From: an uncultured Nitrososphaerota archaeon
Lineage (GTDB): Archaea; Thermoproteota; Nitrososphaeria; Nitrososphaerales; Gagatemarchaeaceae
Assembly: GCA_963703285.1 (NCBI GenBank)
Contig: OY969807.1
Coordinates: forward strand, 224,001 to 288,000
DNA length: 64,000 nt
Reading direction: 5' to 3'
The notes under the pieces were generated by a model. The model did no database searches. It worked only from the letters and a program-made list of their open reading frames with translations, and had not been told where the DNA came from. How positions within the stretch are numbered: the stretch's first letter is position 1; each line of letters begins with the position of its first letter. Shown in pieces: positions 27,274-38,039 of this stretch. Both the position numbers and the translations under genes were made by a program.

Positions 27274-28248
27274 TCACTTCAGCGCGATGGGGTTTATCGG
27301 TGACGCGACCGCCTTCGTAAACGGGAGCGGCTGAGCGGCGAGCATGAAGCTGTAGACACCATCCATTGCGCAATCCTCAGCAAGAGCGTCCAAGTCGAAT
27401 ATCTCTCCCAGCGGCATCCCCATGTAGACCAGGGCGACGACGTGAAACGGCAGGTGGACCTCCTTCACTTCGTACGGTTGCACCTCCATCCCCCAGGTGT
27501 CAGTCGCCAGGGCCGAGACCTCATTCTCGCGGAGCCACCTCAGTGCGTCGAGGGCCATTCCTGGCGCGTCGCCGCCCGCGAACTCCCCCCAGCCGGGCTT
27601 GGACATACAGGCCGACATGTGCCCTGTTCGGACGAGGACCATGTCGCCGCGCCGCAACCTCACCCCGTGAGCGCGCGCCGCTTCGTCGAGCATCGCCGAA
27701 TCGATCCCTTCTCCCGGTTCCATCGGCCTCTTCAGCACACGGGCAAGGTCGAGGAGCACCCCCCGTCCGACGAACCCCGTGCGCATGTTGATGATCCCGT
27801 CCTTCTTTGCGCCCGTGCTGCTTATCTCTGAAGCGGGAACCCCGTTGTACAGGATGCCGTTGTGGGAGACGTGCGCCGGGGAGTCCCAGTGCGTCCCTCC
27901 CTGCGTAGGCATCACCACCACCTCGTCGGCCGTCGCCGTCTCCTTGGAGGGCCCCCCGATCCAGTCCTGCGAGTACGCGCCTGTCACGGCATCGCCTCCG
28001 TCCCGCGTCATCAGCAGCATCGGGTTGAACCGCCCCGCCCGTCCCCTCTGGGGCCCGTTCGCGTCGAGCGAGATCGCGAGGGAGAACGCAGTCCCCTTCC
28101 TTACATCGGAGCAGGCCGACTTGACCGCTCGGGCGTCCAGAAAGTTTAGCGTCCCGACCTGGTCGGACCTCCCCCACCTGCGCCAGTTGGTGCTTGCCCT
28201 GATGATCTCCCTGTACTCCCGAAGCGATACCCGCGCTCGCGGTTCCAT
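27274..28248 (-). CDS. Cyclase family metal-dependent hydrolase (kynurenine formamidase-like)
   Basis: NWRRWG..DQ.GTLN, QGGTHWDSPAH, GRGVLLD, GD.VLVRTG, GEIFDL, SP.NPIA. Confidence 0.88.
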   Translation of the reverse strand: MEPRARVSLREYREIIRASTNWRRWGRSDQVGTLNFLDARAVKSACSDVRKGTAFSLAISLDANGPQRGRAGRFNPMLLMTRDGGDAVTGAYSQDWIGGPSKETATADEVVVMPTQGGTHWDSPAHVSHNGILYNGVPASEISSTGAKKDGIINMRTGFVGRGVLLDLARVLKRPMEPGEGIDSAMLDEAARAHGVRLRRGDMVLVRTGHMSACMSKPGWGEFAGGDAPGMALDALRWLRENEVSALATDTWGMEVQPYEVKEVHLPFHVVALVYMGMPLGEIFDLDALAEDCAMDGVYSFMLAAQPLPFTKAVASPINPIALK

Positions 28249-28358
28249 GTCGGCCCGGCCCAAGTCTCGGCTTAATAATGCTGACAGGAAGTGCGACGAA
28301 TTGATTCTGGTACCACCGTCGTGATAACTCTTTTACCTGAGCCGGCGGTGATCGGAGC

Positions 28359-28613
28359 ATGAATCAGCTGGTGAGGGTCTACCTGGGGGCAGGGATGGCC
28401 TTCCTCCTCAGCGTCTACGCCATAATGCTCTCGCTCTGGTTCGAGGCAACGCTGAACGGGTCCGTCAACGGGCAGTTCGTGGTGGCGATTGACACCAACG
28501 CGCTCGGGGAGAGCTATCTCGAGCTCGGCCTCCTCTTCCTCTTCCTCCCCGTCGCGGTCTGGGTGTTCACGAGAGGCCTGAGGGGGCTTCTCCGCTCCAG
28601 CGAGGGCCCCTAG
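28359..28613 (+). CDS. Small two-TM hypothetical protein
   Basis: 84 aa, two hydrophobic helices, CTTTTA about 25 nt upstream. Confidence 0.55.
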   Translation: MNQLVRVYLGAGMAFLLSVYAIMLSLWFEATLNGSVNGQFVVAIDTNALGESYLELGLLFLFLPVAVWVFTRGLRGLLRSSEGP

Positions 28614-28782
28614 GGAAGAGCTCTCCATCCAAGGATTTTACGGAACTGACCTCGCAAAGCCTTAAAAGCCGGCAGATGAAGCGTTTATATAGTACCTGCA
28701 TCGGGGCCTCTTTTTGGCGTTCCTTAGGGTGCATTGTCGACTGTTTCTAGGGCGTAGTGTCGATGGGGGTGTCCAAGCCTAG

Positions 28783-29055
28783 ATGGCAAGGACCAAAGCT
28801 AAGAAAGTAGAGGAGGAGCTTCCGTTCAAGATAACGGACCACTTCCTCGTGCCGAAGCACGAGCTGTTGACTCCGGAGGAGGCGAAGGCTATATTGAAGA
28901 AGTACAGCGCGATGCCGCACCAGCTCCCGTTCATATCGTCCACCGACTCCGCGGCGAAGTCGATAGGTGCCAAGGCCGGGGATTTCATCAGGATAACGAG
29001 GAGGAGCGAGACGGCGGGCGAGACCGTCTATTACAGATACGTGGTGGAGGAGTGA
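28783..29055 (+). CDS. rpoH: RNA polymerase subunit H (Rpo5)
   Basis: HFLVPKHE, QLP.I, GD...I.R.SETAG...YYRYV. Confidence 0.96.
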   Translation: MARTKAKKVEEELPFKITDHFLVPKHELLTPEEAKAILKKYSAMPHQLPFISSTDSAAKSIGAKAGDFIRITRRSETAGETVYYRYVVEE

Positions 29056-32000
29056 CGATGAGCAAGCAGATGGCGAGGCCGTATGACTCGTGGATTGTCC
29101 TGCAGGACCTCCTCGAGAAGGAGGGAGTGGCGAGGCAGCACCTCAACAGCTACAACGAGTTCATCAGCAAGGGCCTACAGTCGATCATAGACGAGATAGG
29201 GGACGTCGAGATAGAGACCGTGAGCACGCCGTACAAGGTGAAGTTCGGCAAGGTCGAGCTGGGCAGGCCTAGGGTGATCGAGATTGACGGCTCGGTGAGC
29301 AACGTCTTCCCCATGGAGGCGCGGCTCCGGAACCTCTCCTACGCCTCCCCCATCTACCTCGACATGACCATCGAGGAGGAGGGGATGTCCCGCGAGGCCA
29401 CCAGACAGCACATCGGCGACCTCCCCGTCATGGTCAAGTCGGACCTCTGCCAGCTCTCCAAGATGACCAAGGAGCAGCTGATCAACGCCAGCGAGGACCC
29501 GAACGACCCAGGAGGCTACTTCATCATCAACGGGTCCGAGAGGGTCATCGTCGGGCTGGAGGACCTCTCGCCCAACAAGATACTCGTCGACGTCGAGAAG
29601 GCCGGGGGTATCGCCGCCTACAAAGCTCGCGTCTACTCGTCAGTCGTCGGCTACCGCTCCAAGCTCGAGGTCACCCTGAAGCAGGACGGCTCGATCAACG
29701 TCAAGATCCCGTCGTGCCCCGTCGACCTGCCCTTCGTGATAATCATGAGGGCGCTGGGCATCAAGTCGGACAAGGACATAGCCAACGCAGTCTCCCCCAA
29801 GCAGGAGATCCAGGACCTCCTGGAGGTCTCCTTCGACAAGGCGAGCGAGGCCCCCACCGACAAGGACGCGCTCGTCTACATCGGCAACAGGGTCGCCCAC
29901 GGGATGCTCGAGGAGTTCAGGATCAAGAGGGCGCAGTCGATGCTCGACTGGGGCTTCCTTCCCCACCTGGGGAAGGCCGACGACAAGCGGTACGACAAGG
30001 CGATGTTCCTCGGCGAGGCCGTCTGCAAGCTGATGGAGCTCAGGCTCGGCTGGATAGAGCCCGACGACAAGGACCACTACGGGAACAAGGTCATCAAGTT
30101 CGCTGGACAGATGCTCGCCGACCTATTCAGGACCTCTTTCAGGAACCTGGTCAGGGACATGAAGTACCAGCTGGAGAGGGCTGGGCAGAAGCGCGGTGGC
30201 AACGTCGTCGGGGCCGCCATCCGGACCGGCATCATCACGGACAAGCTCAACAACGCGATCGCGACGGGCAACTGGGGCAGGGGTAAGGTCGGAGTCACCC
30301 AGCTCCTCGACAGGACCAACTACCTCTCGACGCTCAGCCACCTCAGGCGGGTCCAGTCGCCGCTGAGCAGGTCCCAGCCCAACTTCGAGGCGAGAGACCT
30401 CCACGCGACACACTTCGGCCGGATCTGCCCCTCGGAGACACCAGAGGGAGTCAACTGCGGCCTAGTCAAGAACCTGGCGCTCTCGGCAACAATCTCCGTC
30501 TCCGTCCCCCCCTCCGAGGTCGAGGAGAGGCTGTGGGAGCTCGGAGCGAAGCCCATCCGGGACATCCCCGACAAGCTGGCGCTCGAGGGCTGCAAGATAT
30601 TCATGGACGGGCGCTTCATAGGATACGTCGACGACGGCGAGCGCCTGGCCAAGGCCTTCAGGAAGCTCAGGAGGGAGGGCCAGATCAACCCGAGCGCCAG
30701 CGTCCTCTTCTACGCCCCTCTGAACAAGAAGGGCTACGCGAGGCTCTACGTCAGCCTCTCGGCCGGGAGGGTCATGCGGCCCCTCATCGTCGCTGAGAAC
30801 GGCAGGCCTCTCCTCACCCAGGAGATGCTCACCAAGGTCGTCGCGGGGGAGCTGACCTGGAGGGACCTCGTGGAGCGCGGCGTCGTCGAGCTCATCGATG
30901 CGAACGAGGAGGAGAACTGCCTGCTCGCGATGTCGCCCGAGGAGATAACCTCGAGGCACACGCACCTCGAGCTATACCCGGGCGCCATGTTCGGCATAGC
31001 AGCCTCCATAATCCCGTACCCCGAGCACAACCAGTCCCCGAGGAACACCTACGAGTCTGCGATGGCGAAGCAGTCCCTGGGCTTCTCCACGCCCACCTAC
31101 CCGCTCTCCACCTTCGTCCGGCAGCACCTGCTCGTCAACCCGCAGTCGCCGATGGTCAAGACCAAGTCGACCGAGCTCCTCAACATCACGGAGCGGCCGT
31201 TCGGCACCAACGCCGTCGTCGCCGTCCTCTCCTTCGAGGGGTACAACATCGAGGACGCGATAATCATGAACCGCTCCTCAATCGAGAGGGGCTTCGCGCG
31301 CTCCTTCTTCTACAGGCTCTACGAGGGCGAGTCGAAGCAGTACCTGGGCGGCATGCGCGACACCTTCGAGGTCCCGTCAGCCGAGTCCAACATCAGGGGG
31401 TACAGGGGCGAGAAGTTCTACAGGCTCCTTGAGGCCGACGGCGTCGTCATGCACGAGTCGCAGGTAACGGGAGGCGATGTCGTCATCGGGAGGACCTCCC
31501 CTCCGAGGTTCATGGAGGAGTACAAGGAGTTCGAGATAAAGGGCCCCTACAGGAGGGACACCTCCGTCTCGGTGCGACCGACGGAGACGGGCGTGGTCGA
31601 CGCCGTCTTCATGACTGAGAACGTAGAGGGCGGGAGGATGTTCAAGGTCAGGGTGAGGGACATGCGCACCCCGGAGATAGGGGACAAGTTCGCGTCCCGC
31701 CACGGGCAGAAGGGGGTCATCGGGCTGGTCGTCCCCCAGGAGGACATGCCCTACACGGCGGACGGGGTGGTCCCCGACGTCATAATCAACCCGCACGCGT
31801 TCCCGTCAAGGATGACCGTGGGGCAGTTCATCGAGTCGATAGCCGGCAAGGCCGCGTCGCTCAGGGGAGTCCCCGCCGACGGGACCGGTTTCGCAGGCGA
31901 GAAGCCCGAGGACCTCGAGAAGATCCTCGAAGAGCGCGGGTTCGAGAAGACGGGGAGGGAGGTCCTCTACGACGGCAAGACGGGGAAGAAGTTCGCCGTC

Positions 32001-32417
32001 GACGTCTTCATCGGTGTCGTCTACTACCAGAAGCTCCACCACATGGTCGCCGACAAGATCCATGCGAGGGCGCGCGGGCAGGTCCAGATGCTCACCAAGC
32101 AGCCCACCGAGGGAAGGGCTCGGGGCGGGGGCCTGAGGTTCGGGGAGATGGAGAGGGACTGCCTCATAGCCTACGGGGCGTCGATGGTGCTCAAGGACAG
32201 GCTCCTCGACGAGGCGGACAAGACGGAGATCAACGTCTGCGAGAAGTGCGGCCTCATCGCCTACTACGACGCCAAGCAGAGGAAGTACGCCTGCAAGATA
32301 GACGGTGACCAGGCGAAGATCTCCACGGTCGTCGTCGCCTACGCCTTCAAGCTCCTCCTCCAGGAGATGATGTCACTGAACATAGCCCCGCGGCTGAGGC
32401 TGAAGGACGCGGTGTAG
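29052..32417 (+). CDS. rpoB: RNA polymerase subunit B (Rpo2, unsplit)
   Basis: GGYFIINGSE, ETPEG.NCGLVKN, GDKFASRHGQKG, GGLRFGEMERD. Confidence 0.98.
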   Translation: MTMSKQMARPYDSWIVLQDLLEKEGVARQHLNSYNEFISKGLQSIIDEIGDVEIETVSTPYKVKFGKVELGRPRVIEIDGSVSNVFPMEARLRNLSYASPIYLDMTIEEEGMSREATRQHIGDLPVMVKSDLCQLSKMTKEQLINASEDPNDPGGYFIINGSERVIVGLEDLSPNKILVDVEKAGGIAAYKARVYSSVVGYRSKLEVTLKQDGSINVKIPSCPVDLPFVIIMRALGIKSDKDIANAVSPKQEIQDLLEVSFDKASEAPTDKDALVYIGNRVAHGMLEEFRIKRAQSMLDWGFLPHLGKADDKRYDKAMFLGEAVCKLMELRLGWIEPDDKDHYGNKVIKFAGQMLADLFRTSFRNLVRDMKYQLERAGQKRGGNVVGAAIRTGIITDKLNNAIATGNWGRGKVGVTQLLDRTNYLSTLSHLRRVQSPLSRSQPNFEARDLHATHFGRICPSETPEGVNCGLVKNLALSATISVSVPPSEVEERLWELGAKPIRDIPDKLALEGCKIFMDGRFIGYVDDGERLAKAFRKLRREGQINPSASVLFYAPLNKKGYARLYVSLSAGRVMRPLIVAENGRPLLTQEMLTKVVAGELTWRDLVERGVVELIDANEEENCLLAMSPEEITSRHTHLELYPGAMFGIAASIIPYPEHNQSPRNTYESAMAKQSLGFSTPTYPLSTFVRQHLLVNPQSPMVKTKSTELLNITERPFGTNAVVAVLSFEGYNIEDAIIMNRSSIERGFARSFFYRLYEGESKQYLGGMRDTFEVPSAESNIRGYRGEKFYRLLEADGVVMHESQVTGGDVVIGRTSPPRFMEEYKEFEIKGPYRRDTSVSVRPTETGVVDAVFMTENVEGGRMFKVRVRDMRTPEIGDKFASRHGQKGVIGLVVPQEDMPYTADGVVPDVIINPHAFPSRMTVGQFIESIAGKAASLRGVPADGTGFAGEKPEDLEKILEERGFEKTGREVLYDGKTGKKFAVDVFIGVVYYQKLHHMVADKIHARARGQVQMLTKQPTEGRARGGGLRFGEMERDCLIAYGASMVLKDRLLDEADKTEINVCEKCGLIAYYDAKQRKYACKIDGDQAKISTVVVAYAFKLLLQEMMSLNIAPRLRLKDAV

Positions 32418-32429
32418 TGGTGATAGAAG

Positions 32430-35400
32430 ATGGCAATGAAAGAAGCGCTTAGGACGATCAAGAAGATCGACTTCGCCCTCCTCTCACCCACCGAGATCAG
32501 GAAGTACTCCGTCGCAGAGATTACGCAGCCGGAGACCTACGACGAGGACGGCATGCCGGTCCAGGGGGGCCTGATGGACGGCCGCCTCGGGACGCTGGAA
32601 CCGGGGCAGAAGTGCGCGACCTGTGGCAACACCGCGTCCCGCTGCCCGGGCCACTTCGGCCACATCGAGCTCGCCGAGCCGGTGCTCCACATGGCGTTCG
32701 TCACCGACATCAACAAGCTCATCCAGGCCACGTGCAGGACCTGCGGAAGGCTCCTCCTCCCGACGCCCGAGCTCGAGGCCTACGCCCAGAGGATCAAGAA
32801 CGCCACCGAGTTCACGCCCACGCTGGGGGAGGAGATAGCCAAGGAGATACTCACCAAGGCGAAGAAGGTGAAGCTCTGTCCGCACTGCGGGAAGCAGCAG
32901 TACCAGATCGAGCTCACCAAGCCGACAATCTTCCACGAGATCACCGAGGAGGGGGGCGCCACGAGGCTGCTCCCGGGCGCGGTCCGAGAGAGGCTCGAGA
33001 GGATCACCAACGAGGACCTCGAACTGGTCGGGTACAACCCCAAGGTTGCCCGCCCCGAGTGGTTCGTCCTCCAGGTCCTCCCCGTCCCGCCCCTGACAGT
33101 GAGGCCCTCGATCACGCTCGAGTCGGGCATCCGCTCCGAGGACGACCTCACCCACAAGATCGTCGACATCCTCAGGGTAAACCAGAGGGTCCGCGAGGCG
33201 AAGGAGTCGGGCACGCCCCACCTCATCGTCCAGGACCTTGTGGACCTGCTCCACTACCACGTCACGACCTACTTCGACAACGAGGTCTCGGGCATTCCGC
33301 AGGCGCACCACCGCTCCGGCAGGCCGCTGAAGACGCTTAGCCAGAGGCTCAAGGGGAAGGAGGGGAGGTTCAGGGGTTCGCTCTCGGGCAAGAGGGTGGA
33401 CTTCTCGTCCCGCACCGTCATCAGCCCCGACCCGTCCCTCGACATCAGCGAGGTCGGCATCCCGTTCGAGGTCGCGAAGAAGCTCACGATACCCGAGAAG
33501 GTCTCCCAGTGGAACATCGAGTCGCTCAAGGCGCTCGTGGTCAAGGGACCCTTCGAGCACCCGGGGGCCAACTACGTCATCAGGCCCGACGGCGTTAAGA
33601 TCAGGCTGGACTTCGCCAGCGACAGGAAGGCCCTGGCCGACTCGATAGCACCCGGGTTCATCGTCGAACGCCACCTCATGGACGGCGACATCGTGCTCTT
33701 CAACAGACAGCCCTCGCTCCACCGCATGTCGGTGATGGCGCACACCGTCAAGGTCCTCCCGTTCAGGACGTTCAGGCTCCATCCCTCGGTCTGTCCGCCC
33801 TACAACGCGGACTTCGACGGCGACGAGATGAACCTGCACGTCCCCCAGAGCGAGGAATCGCGCTCCGAGGCGCTCATGCTCATGCGCGTCCAGGACCAGA
33901 TCCTCTCGCCGCGCTACGGGGGCCCGATAATCGGCGCGATAAGGGACTTCCTCACGGGCGCGTACCTCCTCACCAGGGACGAGACCTTCCTCACGCCAGA
34001 GCAGTTCACGAACCTCGCGCTCGCAGGCGACTACCAGGGCGAGCTCCCCGAGCCAAAGGTGAAGGGCGCCAACCCGATGTACACCGGCAAGCAGCTCTTC
34101 TCGCTCTTCCTCCCCAAGGACCTCAACTTCGTGCTGACGTCGAAGTGGGGCAAGGCGAAGACGGGGGAGGCCAACGACGTCGTGATCAAGGACGGCGAGC
34201 TCATCTCCGGGGTCATCGACAAGGCCGCCATAGGCGCGGAGGAGCCAGACAGCCTCCTCCACCGCATCGCCAAGGACTACGGCAACGACCAAGCGAGGCG
34301 CTTCCTAAACTCCATCCTCGCGGTCCTCAAGACCTACATCACGAGGCGCGGTTTCACCTACGGGTTCAACGAGCTGAGGCTCTCCCCGGAGGCGGTCCAG
34401 AAGATAGCCGACACGCTACAGGAGGCCTACGACAACGTCACAGAGCTCATCAAGAAGTACAAGGCCGGGACGCTACCCCTCACGAGGGGCCTCTCGCCCG
34501 AGGGCTCCCTCGAGTTCTACATCGTCAACGAGCTCTCAAAGTCCAGAGACAGGGCGGGCAGGATCGCAGACAAGTCATTCTCCACCGAGAACTCCGGCGT
34601 GATCATGGCCAGGACGGGCGCCAGGGGCTCGAGCCTCAACCTCGGGCAGATGACCGCCGCCCTCGGCCAGCAATCGGTCAGGGGCAAGAGGATAGAGAAG
34701 GGGATGCGGGGCAGGTCGCTCAGCCATTTCGCTCCCTACGACCTCTCCCCGGAGGCGAAGGGCTTCGTCAAGAGTAACTACAGGGACGGGCTCACGCCGA
34801 CGGAGTTCTTCTTCCACGCGATGGGCGGCAGGGAGGGGCTGGTCGACACGGCCGTCAGGACACAGCAGAGCGGCTACATGCAGAGACGCCTCGTCAACGC
34901 CATGGAGCACCTGAGGGTCGAGTACGACCTGACGGTCAGGGACCCCGGAGGAAACATAATCCAGTTCCTGTACGGCGAGGACGGCATCGACCCGGCGAAG
35001 AGCGACCACGGGCGCCCCGTGAACCTCGACAGGGTGATAAGCGCCGAAGGGCTCATGAACGCCTCTCGGGGCAAGTTCGGGGAGAAGGAGGCGGAGGGGC
35101 TGCTCAAGCGCTACCAGGGCAAGCTGAACAAGCGCCTCTTCGAGGAGCTCCAGCAGAGGCTCTCCGAGAGCCACCTAACAGAGGAGGGATCCAAGAACGT
35201 CCTCGACAAGGTCATGGAGTCGATCGACTACGCGACCGTCGAACCCGGGGAGGCGTCCGGTATCGTCGCGGCCCAATCCATCGGCGAGCCGGGGACGCAG
35301 ATGACCCTCAGGACGTTCCACTTCGCGGGCGTCAAGGAGCGGGACGTCACGCTGGGCCTCCCGAGGCTGATGGAGCTCGTCGACGCGAGGAAGATCCCAG

Positions 35401-36212
35401 CCAAGCCATCGATGGACGTCTATCTCACGGACGACTACAAGCGGTCCCGCGAGAAGGCTCTGAAGGTCGCGAACGACCTTCTGTTCACCAAGGTGGGGTC
35501 CGTCGTGGACTACAGCGAGGTCGACCCGACCGAGGGGATCAAGCTGCACGTCAACGAGGAGATGATGGCCGACCGCAACGTCAAGATCGAGGACGTCGCC
35601 GAGGTCATGGAGACGGGCAAGCGCAACGTCCAGCCAGACAAGAACGGGAAGATCATCCACGTCAACCTTGAGGGCGCCGACCTCTCGACTCTCTTCACGC
35701 TGCGCAACAAGCTGCTCAACATGAAGCTCAAGGGGATCCCCGGCATAAGCAGGGTGACGGTCGTCCAGGACAACGAAGAGTGGGTCATCCAGACGGCCGG
35801 CTCGAACCTTGCGAAGGTCATCCAGATACCCGGGGTCGACACGAACCGCATCTACACCAACAACATCCACGAGGTCGCCCAGGTCCTCGGGATCGAGGCT
35901 GCGAGGGCCACCCTCATCCGGGAGGTCATGGGGACGCTCGACGAGCAGGGGCTCGAGGTCGACGTGCGCCACATTTTCATCGTCGCAGACCTGATGACGT
36001 CCAAGGGCTACCTCCAGCAGATCGGGAGGCACGGCATCGCAGGGACGAAGACGTCGGTTCTGGCGAGGGCGGCCTTCGAGATCACGGTCCCGACGCTGGC
36101 GGAGGCGGCCATCCGGGGCGAGTCCGAGGAGCTGAAGGGCGTGACCGAGAACGTTATTGTAGGCCTCCCCATACCAGTCGGGACTGGGATTGTAGACCTC
36201 TACATGGGGTAA
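32430..36212 (+). CDS. rpoA: RNA polymerase subunit A (fused A'+A'')
   Basis: CPGHFGHI, YNADFDGDEMN, AQSIGEPGTQMTLRTFH and LARAAFE in one 1260-aa ORF. Confidence 0.98.
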   Translation: MAMKEALRTIKKIDFALLSPTEIRKYSVAEITQPETYDEDGMPVQGGLMDGRLGTLEPGQKCATCGNTASRCPGHFGHIELAEPVLHMAFVTDINKLIQATCRTCGRLLLPTPELEAYAQRIKNATEFTPTLGEEIAKEILTKAKKVKLCPHCGKQQYQIELTKPTIFHEITEEGGATRLLPGAVRERLERITNEDLELVGYNPKVARPEWFVLQVLPVPPLTVRPSITLESGIRSEDDLTHKIVDILRVNQRVREAKESGTPHLIVQDLVDLLHYHVTTYFDNEVSGIPQAHHRSGRPLKTLSQRLKGKEGRFRGSLSGKRVDFSSRTVISPDPSLDISEVGIPFEVAKKLTIPEKVSQWNIESLKALVVKGPFEHPGANYVIRPDGVKIRLDFASDRKALADSIAPGFIVERHLMDGDIVLFNRQPSLHRMSVMAHTVKVLPFRTFRLHPSVCPPYNADFDGDEMNLHVPQSEESRSEALMLMRVQDQILSPRYGGPIIGAIRDFLTGAYLLTRDETFLTPEQFTNLALAGDYQGELPEPKVKGANPMYTGKQLFSLFLPKDLNFVLTSKWGKAKTGEANDVVIKDGELISGVIDKAAIGAEEPDSLLHRIAKDYGNDQARRFLNSILAVLKTYITRRGFTYGFNELRLSPEAVQKIADTLQEAYDNVTELIKKYKAGTLPLTRGLSPEGSLEFYIVNELSKSRDRAGRIADKSFSTENSGVIMARTGARGSSLNLGQMTAALGQQSVRGKRIEKGMRGRSLSHFAPYDLSPEAKGFVKSNYRDGLTPTEFFFHAMGGREGLVDTAVRTQQSGYMQRRLVNAMEHLRVEYDLTVRDPGGNIIQFLYGEDGIDPAKSDHGRPVNLDRVISAEGLMNASRGKFGEKEAEGLLKRYQGKLNKRLFEELQQRLSESHLTEEGSKNVLDKVMESIDYATVEPGEASGIVAAQSIGEPGTQMTLRTFHFAGVKERDVTLGLPRLMELVDARKIPAKPSMDVYLTDDYKRSREKALKVANDLLFTKVGSVVDYSEVDPTEGIKLHVNEEMMADRNVKIEDVAEVMETGKRNVQPDKNGKIIHVNLEGADLSTLFTLRNKLLNMKLKGIPGISRVTVVQDNEEWVIQTAGSNLAKVIQIPGVDTNRIYTNNIHEVAQVLGIEAARATLIREVMGTLDEQGLEVDVRHIFIVADLMTSKGYLQQIGRHGIAGTKTSVLARAAFEITVPTLAEAAIRGESEELKGVTENVIVGLPIPVGTGIVDLYMG

Positions 36213-36216
36213 TCGA

Positions 36217-36522
36217 ATGGTCGACCAGCAGATTCTCGGACGCGTCCTGAAAGACGCAATGAAGGGAGGGAAGTTCACCCTCGGCACCAGGGAGGTGATC
36301 TCCGAAGTCAAGAGCTCGAAGGTCGTCATAGCCGCGTCCTCGATGGCGGGGAAGGCCGGGGAGCCCCTCAAGGCGGAGGCGGAGAAGAACAAGGTGCCCG
36401 TCGTCATCCTCGACAAGAACTCGGCCCAGTTGGGCAGGCTCCTAGGAAGGCCCTACAAGGTCTCTGCCATAGCGCTGCGCCAGATCACCGAATCCGACCT
36501 GAGACAGCTCCAGGCGAAGTGA
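36217..36522 (+). CDS. rpl30e: 50S ribosomal protein L30e
   Basis: GK..LG.RE, LG.LLGRPY.VS; conserved position after rpoA. Confidence 0.9.
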   Translation: MVDQQILGRVLKDAMKGGKFTLGTREVISEVKSSKVVIAASSMAGKAGEPLKAEAEKNKVPVVILDKNSAQLGRLLGRPYKVSAIALRQITESDLRQLQAK

Positions 36523-36526
36523 GAGG

Positions 36527-36970
36527 ATGACGAACATCAAGCTCTCCTCTGACCAGCTCGGCCTTATCTCGATCTTCCAGAACATGAGCGGCGCTACCGT
36601 CAGGGACTGCATCGTCGACGACAAGGCGGGCCGCCTCATCTTCATCATCAGCAAGGGTCAGATGGGCCTCGCCATAGGCAAGAAGGGGGCCACCATAGAG
36701 AACATCGAGCGCGTCGTCAAGAAGCCCGTCGAGGTTGTGGAGTGGTCCGACGACCCGGCCGAGATGATAAGCAACGCCCTCGACCCGCGCTTCGTCTCCG
36801 AGGTCAGGATAACCGACAGGCTCGACGGAACCAAGGGCGCGTCGGTGGTCGTGGACCCGCGGAAGAAGGGCGCGGTCCTCGGAAGGGGCGGGAGGAACGC
36901 AGAGAAGGCCCGCCTGATCGCGAAGAAGTACTTCGACATCGCCAACCTCCAGATAATCACTTCGCAGTGA
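36527..36970 (+). CDS. nusA: Transcription factor NusA (archaeal)
   Basis: GLAIGKKG, KG.VLGRGGRN KH motifs; synteny. Confidence 0.94.
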   Translation: MTNIKLSSDQLGLISIFQNMSGATVRDCIVDDKAGRLIFIISKGQMGLAIGKKGATIENIERVVKKPVEVVEWSDDPAEMISNALDPRFVSEVRITDRLDGTKGASVVVDPRKKGAVLGRGGRNAEKARLIAKKYFDIANLQIITSQ

Positions 36971-37071
36971 AGACGTCGGCCAGACTAGTAGATTCATCTC
37001 CTAGGCAGAAATGCTCCTCACGCATCGCAGTGCAGACGCAGTGGTTGAGGGTATCCAGAAATCCAACGGGT

Positions 37072-37548
37072 ATGAATTACGTGGTGCTCGGAATCGCGAT
37101 GGCCCTGGCCGCGGTCCTCGTGGCCGCGAGCGCTCTCGCCTATGGCGCGAGCCTGCCTTCCACGCGGATAGTCACCACGACGGTCTCGGCGCCCTCAACC
37201 AACTCATCCGGCGTCCGCGTCTACCAGGTGACCTTCAGGCAGGTGGGTGATTGCACGCCAGCTGTGTACACCGCACCTTGGTCTGTGGCAATGGGCGCGG
37301 AAACCGAGGCGGAGCCTGCGAACACCACGCTGCCGGTTCCAAGCTCTGGAATCTCCGGGAGCCCCAGTTTCGTCAACGAATCGGCAATCGTCTTCTCGGT
37401 CCCCAACGGTGTCTATAGTTACACCATAGCTCCTAAGTTCGGCTTCTCAAGCACCTCCGGGACAGTGACGGTCCAAGGAGATGACCTCACCATCTCGCTT
37501 TACCAGGAGTTCTCCTGCTCTTCGGTCTCGACCCCAGGCGCTCCCTGA
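37072..37548 (+). CDS. Exported/surface hypothetical protein with thermopsin-C-terminal-like beta repeat
   Basis: Signal peptide; YQVTF.Q.G...WSV.M...IVFSVPNGVYSYTI...SGTVTV.G. Confidence 0.65.
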   Translation: MNYVVLGIAMALAAVLVAASALAYGASLPSTRIVTTTVSAPSTNSSGVRVYQVTFRQVGDCTPAVYTAPWSVAMGAETEAEPANTTLPVPSSGISGSPSFVNESAIVFSVPNGVYSYTIAPKFGFSSTSGTVTVQGDDLTISLYQEFSCSSVSTPGAP

Positions 37549-37571
37549 CGCGGGCGCTCCACCCGTCAAAC

Positions 37572-37580
37572 CTTTTATAG
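37572..37580 (+). promoter_or_regulatory. TATA box for rps12
   Basis: CTTTTATAG about 28-36 nt upstream of ATG 37608. Confidence 0.55.
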
Positions 37581-37607
37581 ACAAAGGAGACGACGGGGTG
37601 AATCTAC

Positions 37608-38036
37608 ATGCCCGGCGGTGAATTCTCAGCCCGTCAGATGTCGCTTAACAGGCAGAGACTCCGCTGGAGCAACAAGTACTACAAGAGGAAGGTACTCCGG
37701 CTCGATGTCAAGGCCGATCCCCTCGAAGGAGCCCCTCAGGCTAGGGGAATCGTGCTCGAGAAGGTTGGCATCGAGTCAAAGCAGCCCAACTCGGCGATCC
37801 GGAAGTGCGTTCGCGTTCAGATTGTCAAGAACGGCAAGCAGGTCACAGCTTTCCTCCCCGGCGATGGCGCCCTGAACTTCGTCGACGAGCACGACGAGGT
37901 GATGCTGGAGGGCATTGGAGGCTCCATGAAGAGGGCCATGGGTGACATCCCGGGCGTCCGATGGCAGGTTTCCATGGTCAACGGTGTTTCGCTCAACGAA
38001 CTTGTCTACGGCAGGAAGGAGAAGCCGCGGAGATAG
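37608..38036 (+). CDS. rps12: 30S ribosomal protein S12
   Basis: [22 protein letters not shown]. Confidence 0.97.
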   Translation: MPGGEFSARQMSLNRQRLRWSNKYYKRKVLRLDVKADPLEGAPQARGIVLEKVGIESKQPNSAIRKCVRVQIVKNGKQVTAFLPGDGALNFVDEHDEVMLEGIGGSMKRAMGDIPGVRWQVSMVNGVSLNELVYGRKEKPRR

Positions 38037-38039
38037 GCA

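Noticed and set aside
32484-34292. 602-aa minus-strand ORF and many similar long ORFs (5836..6918, 6937..8298, 8933..10249, 11090..12712, 35175..36416, 47803..48864, 57135..58304)
   Set aside because: Shadow frames of well-supported genes, produced by high GC3; no recognisable motifs.
29052-36212. Inteins or novel fusions in rpoB/rpoA
   Set aside because: Lengths are normal and no intein motifs are visible; fused RpoA is established for this phylum.
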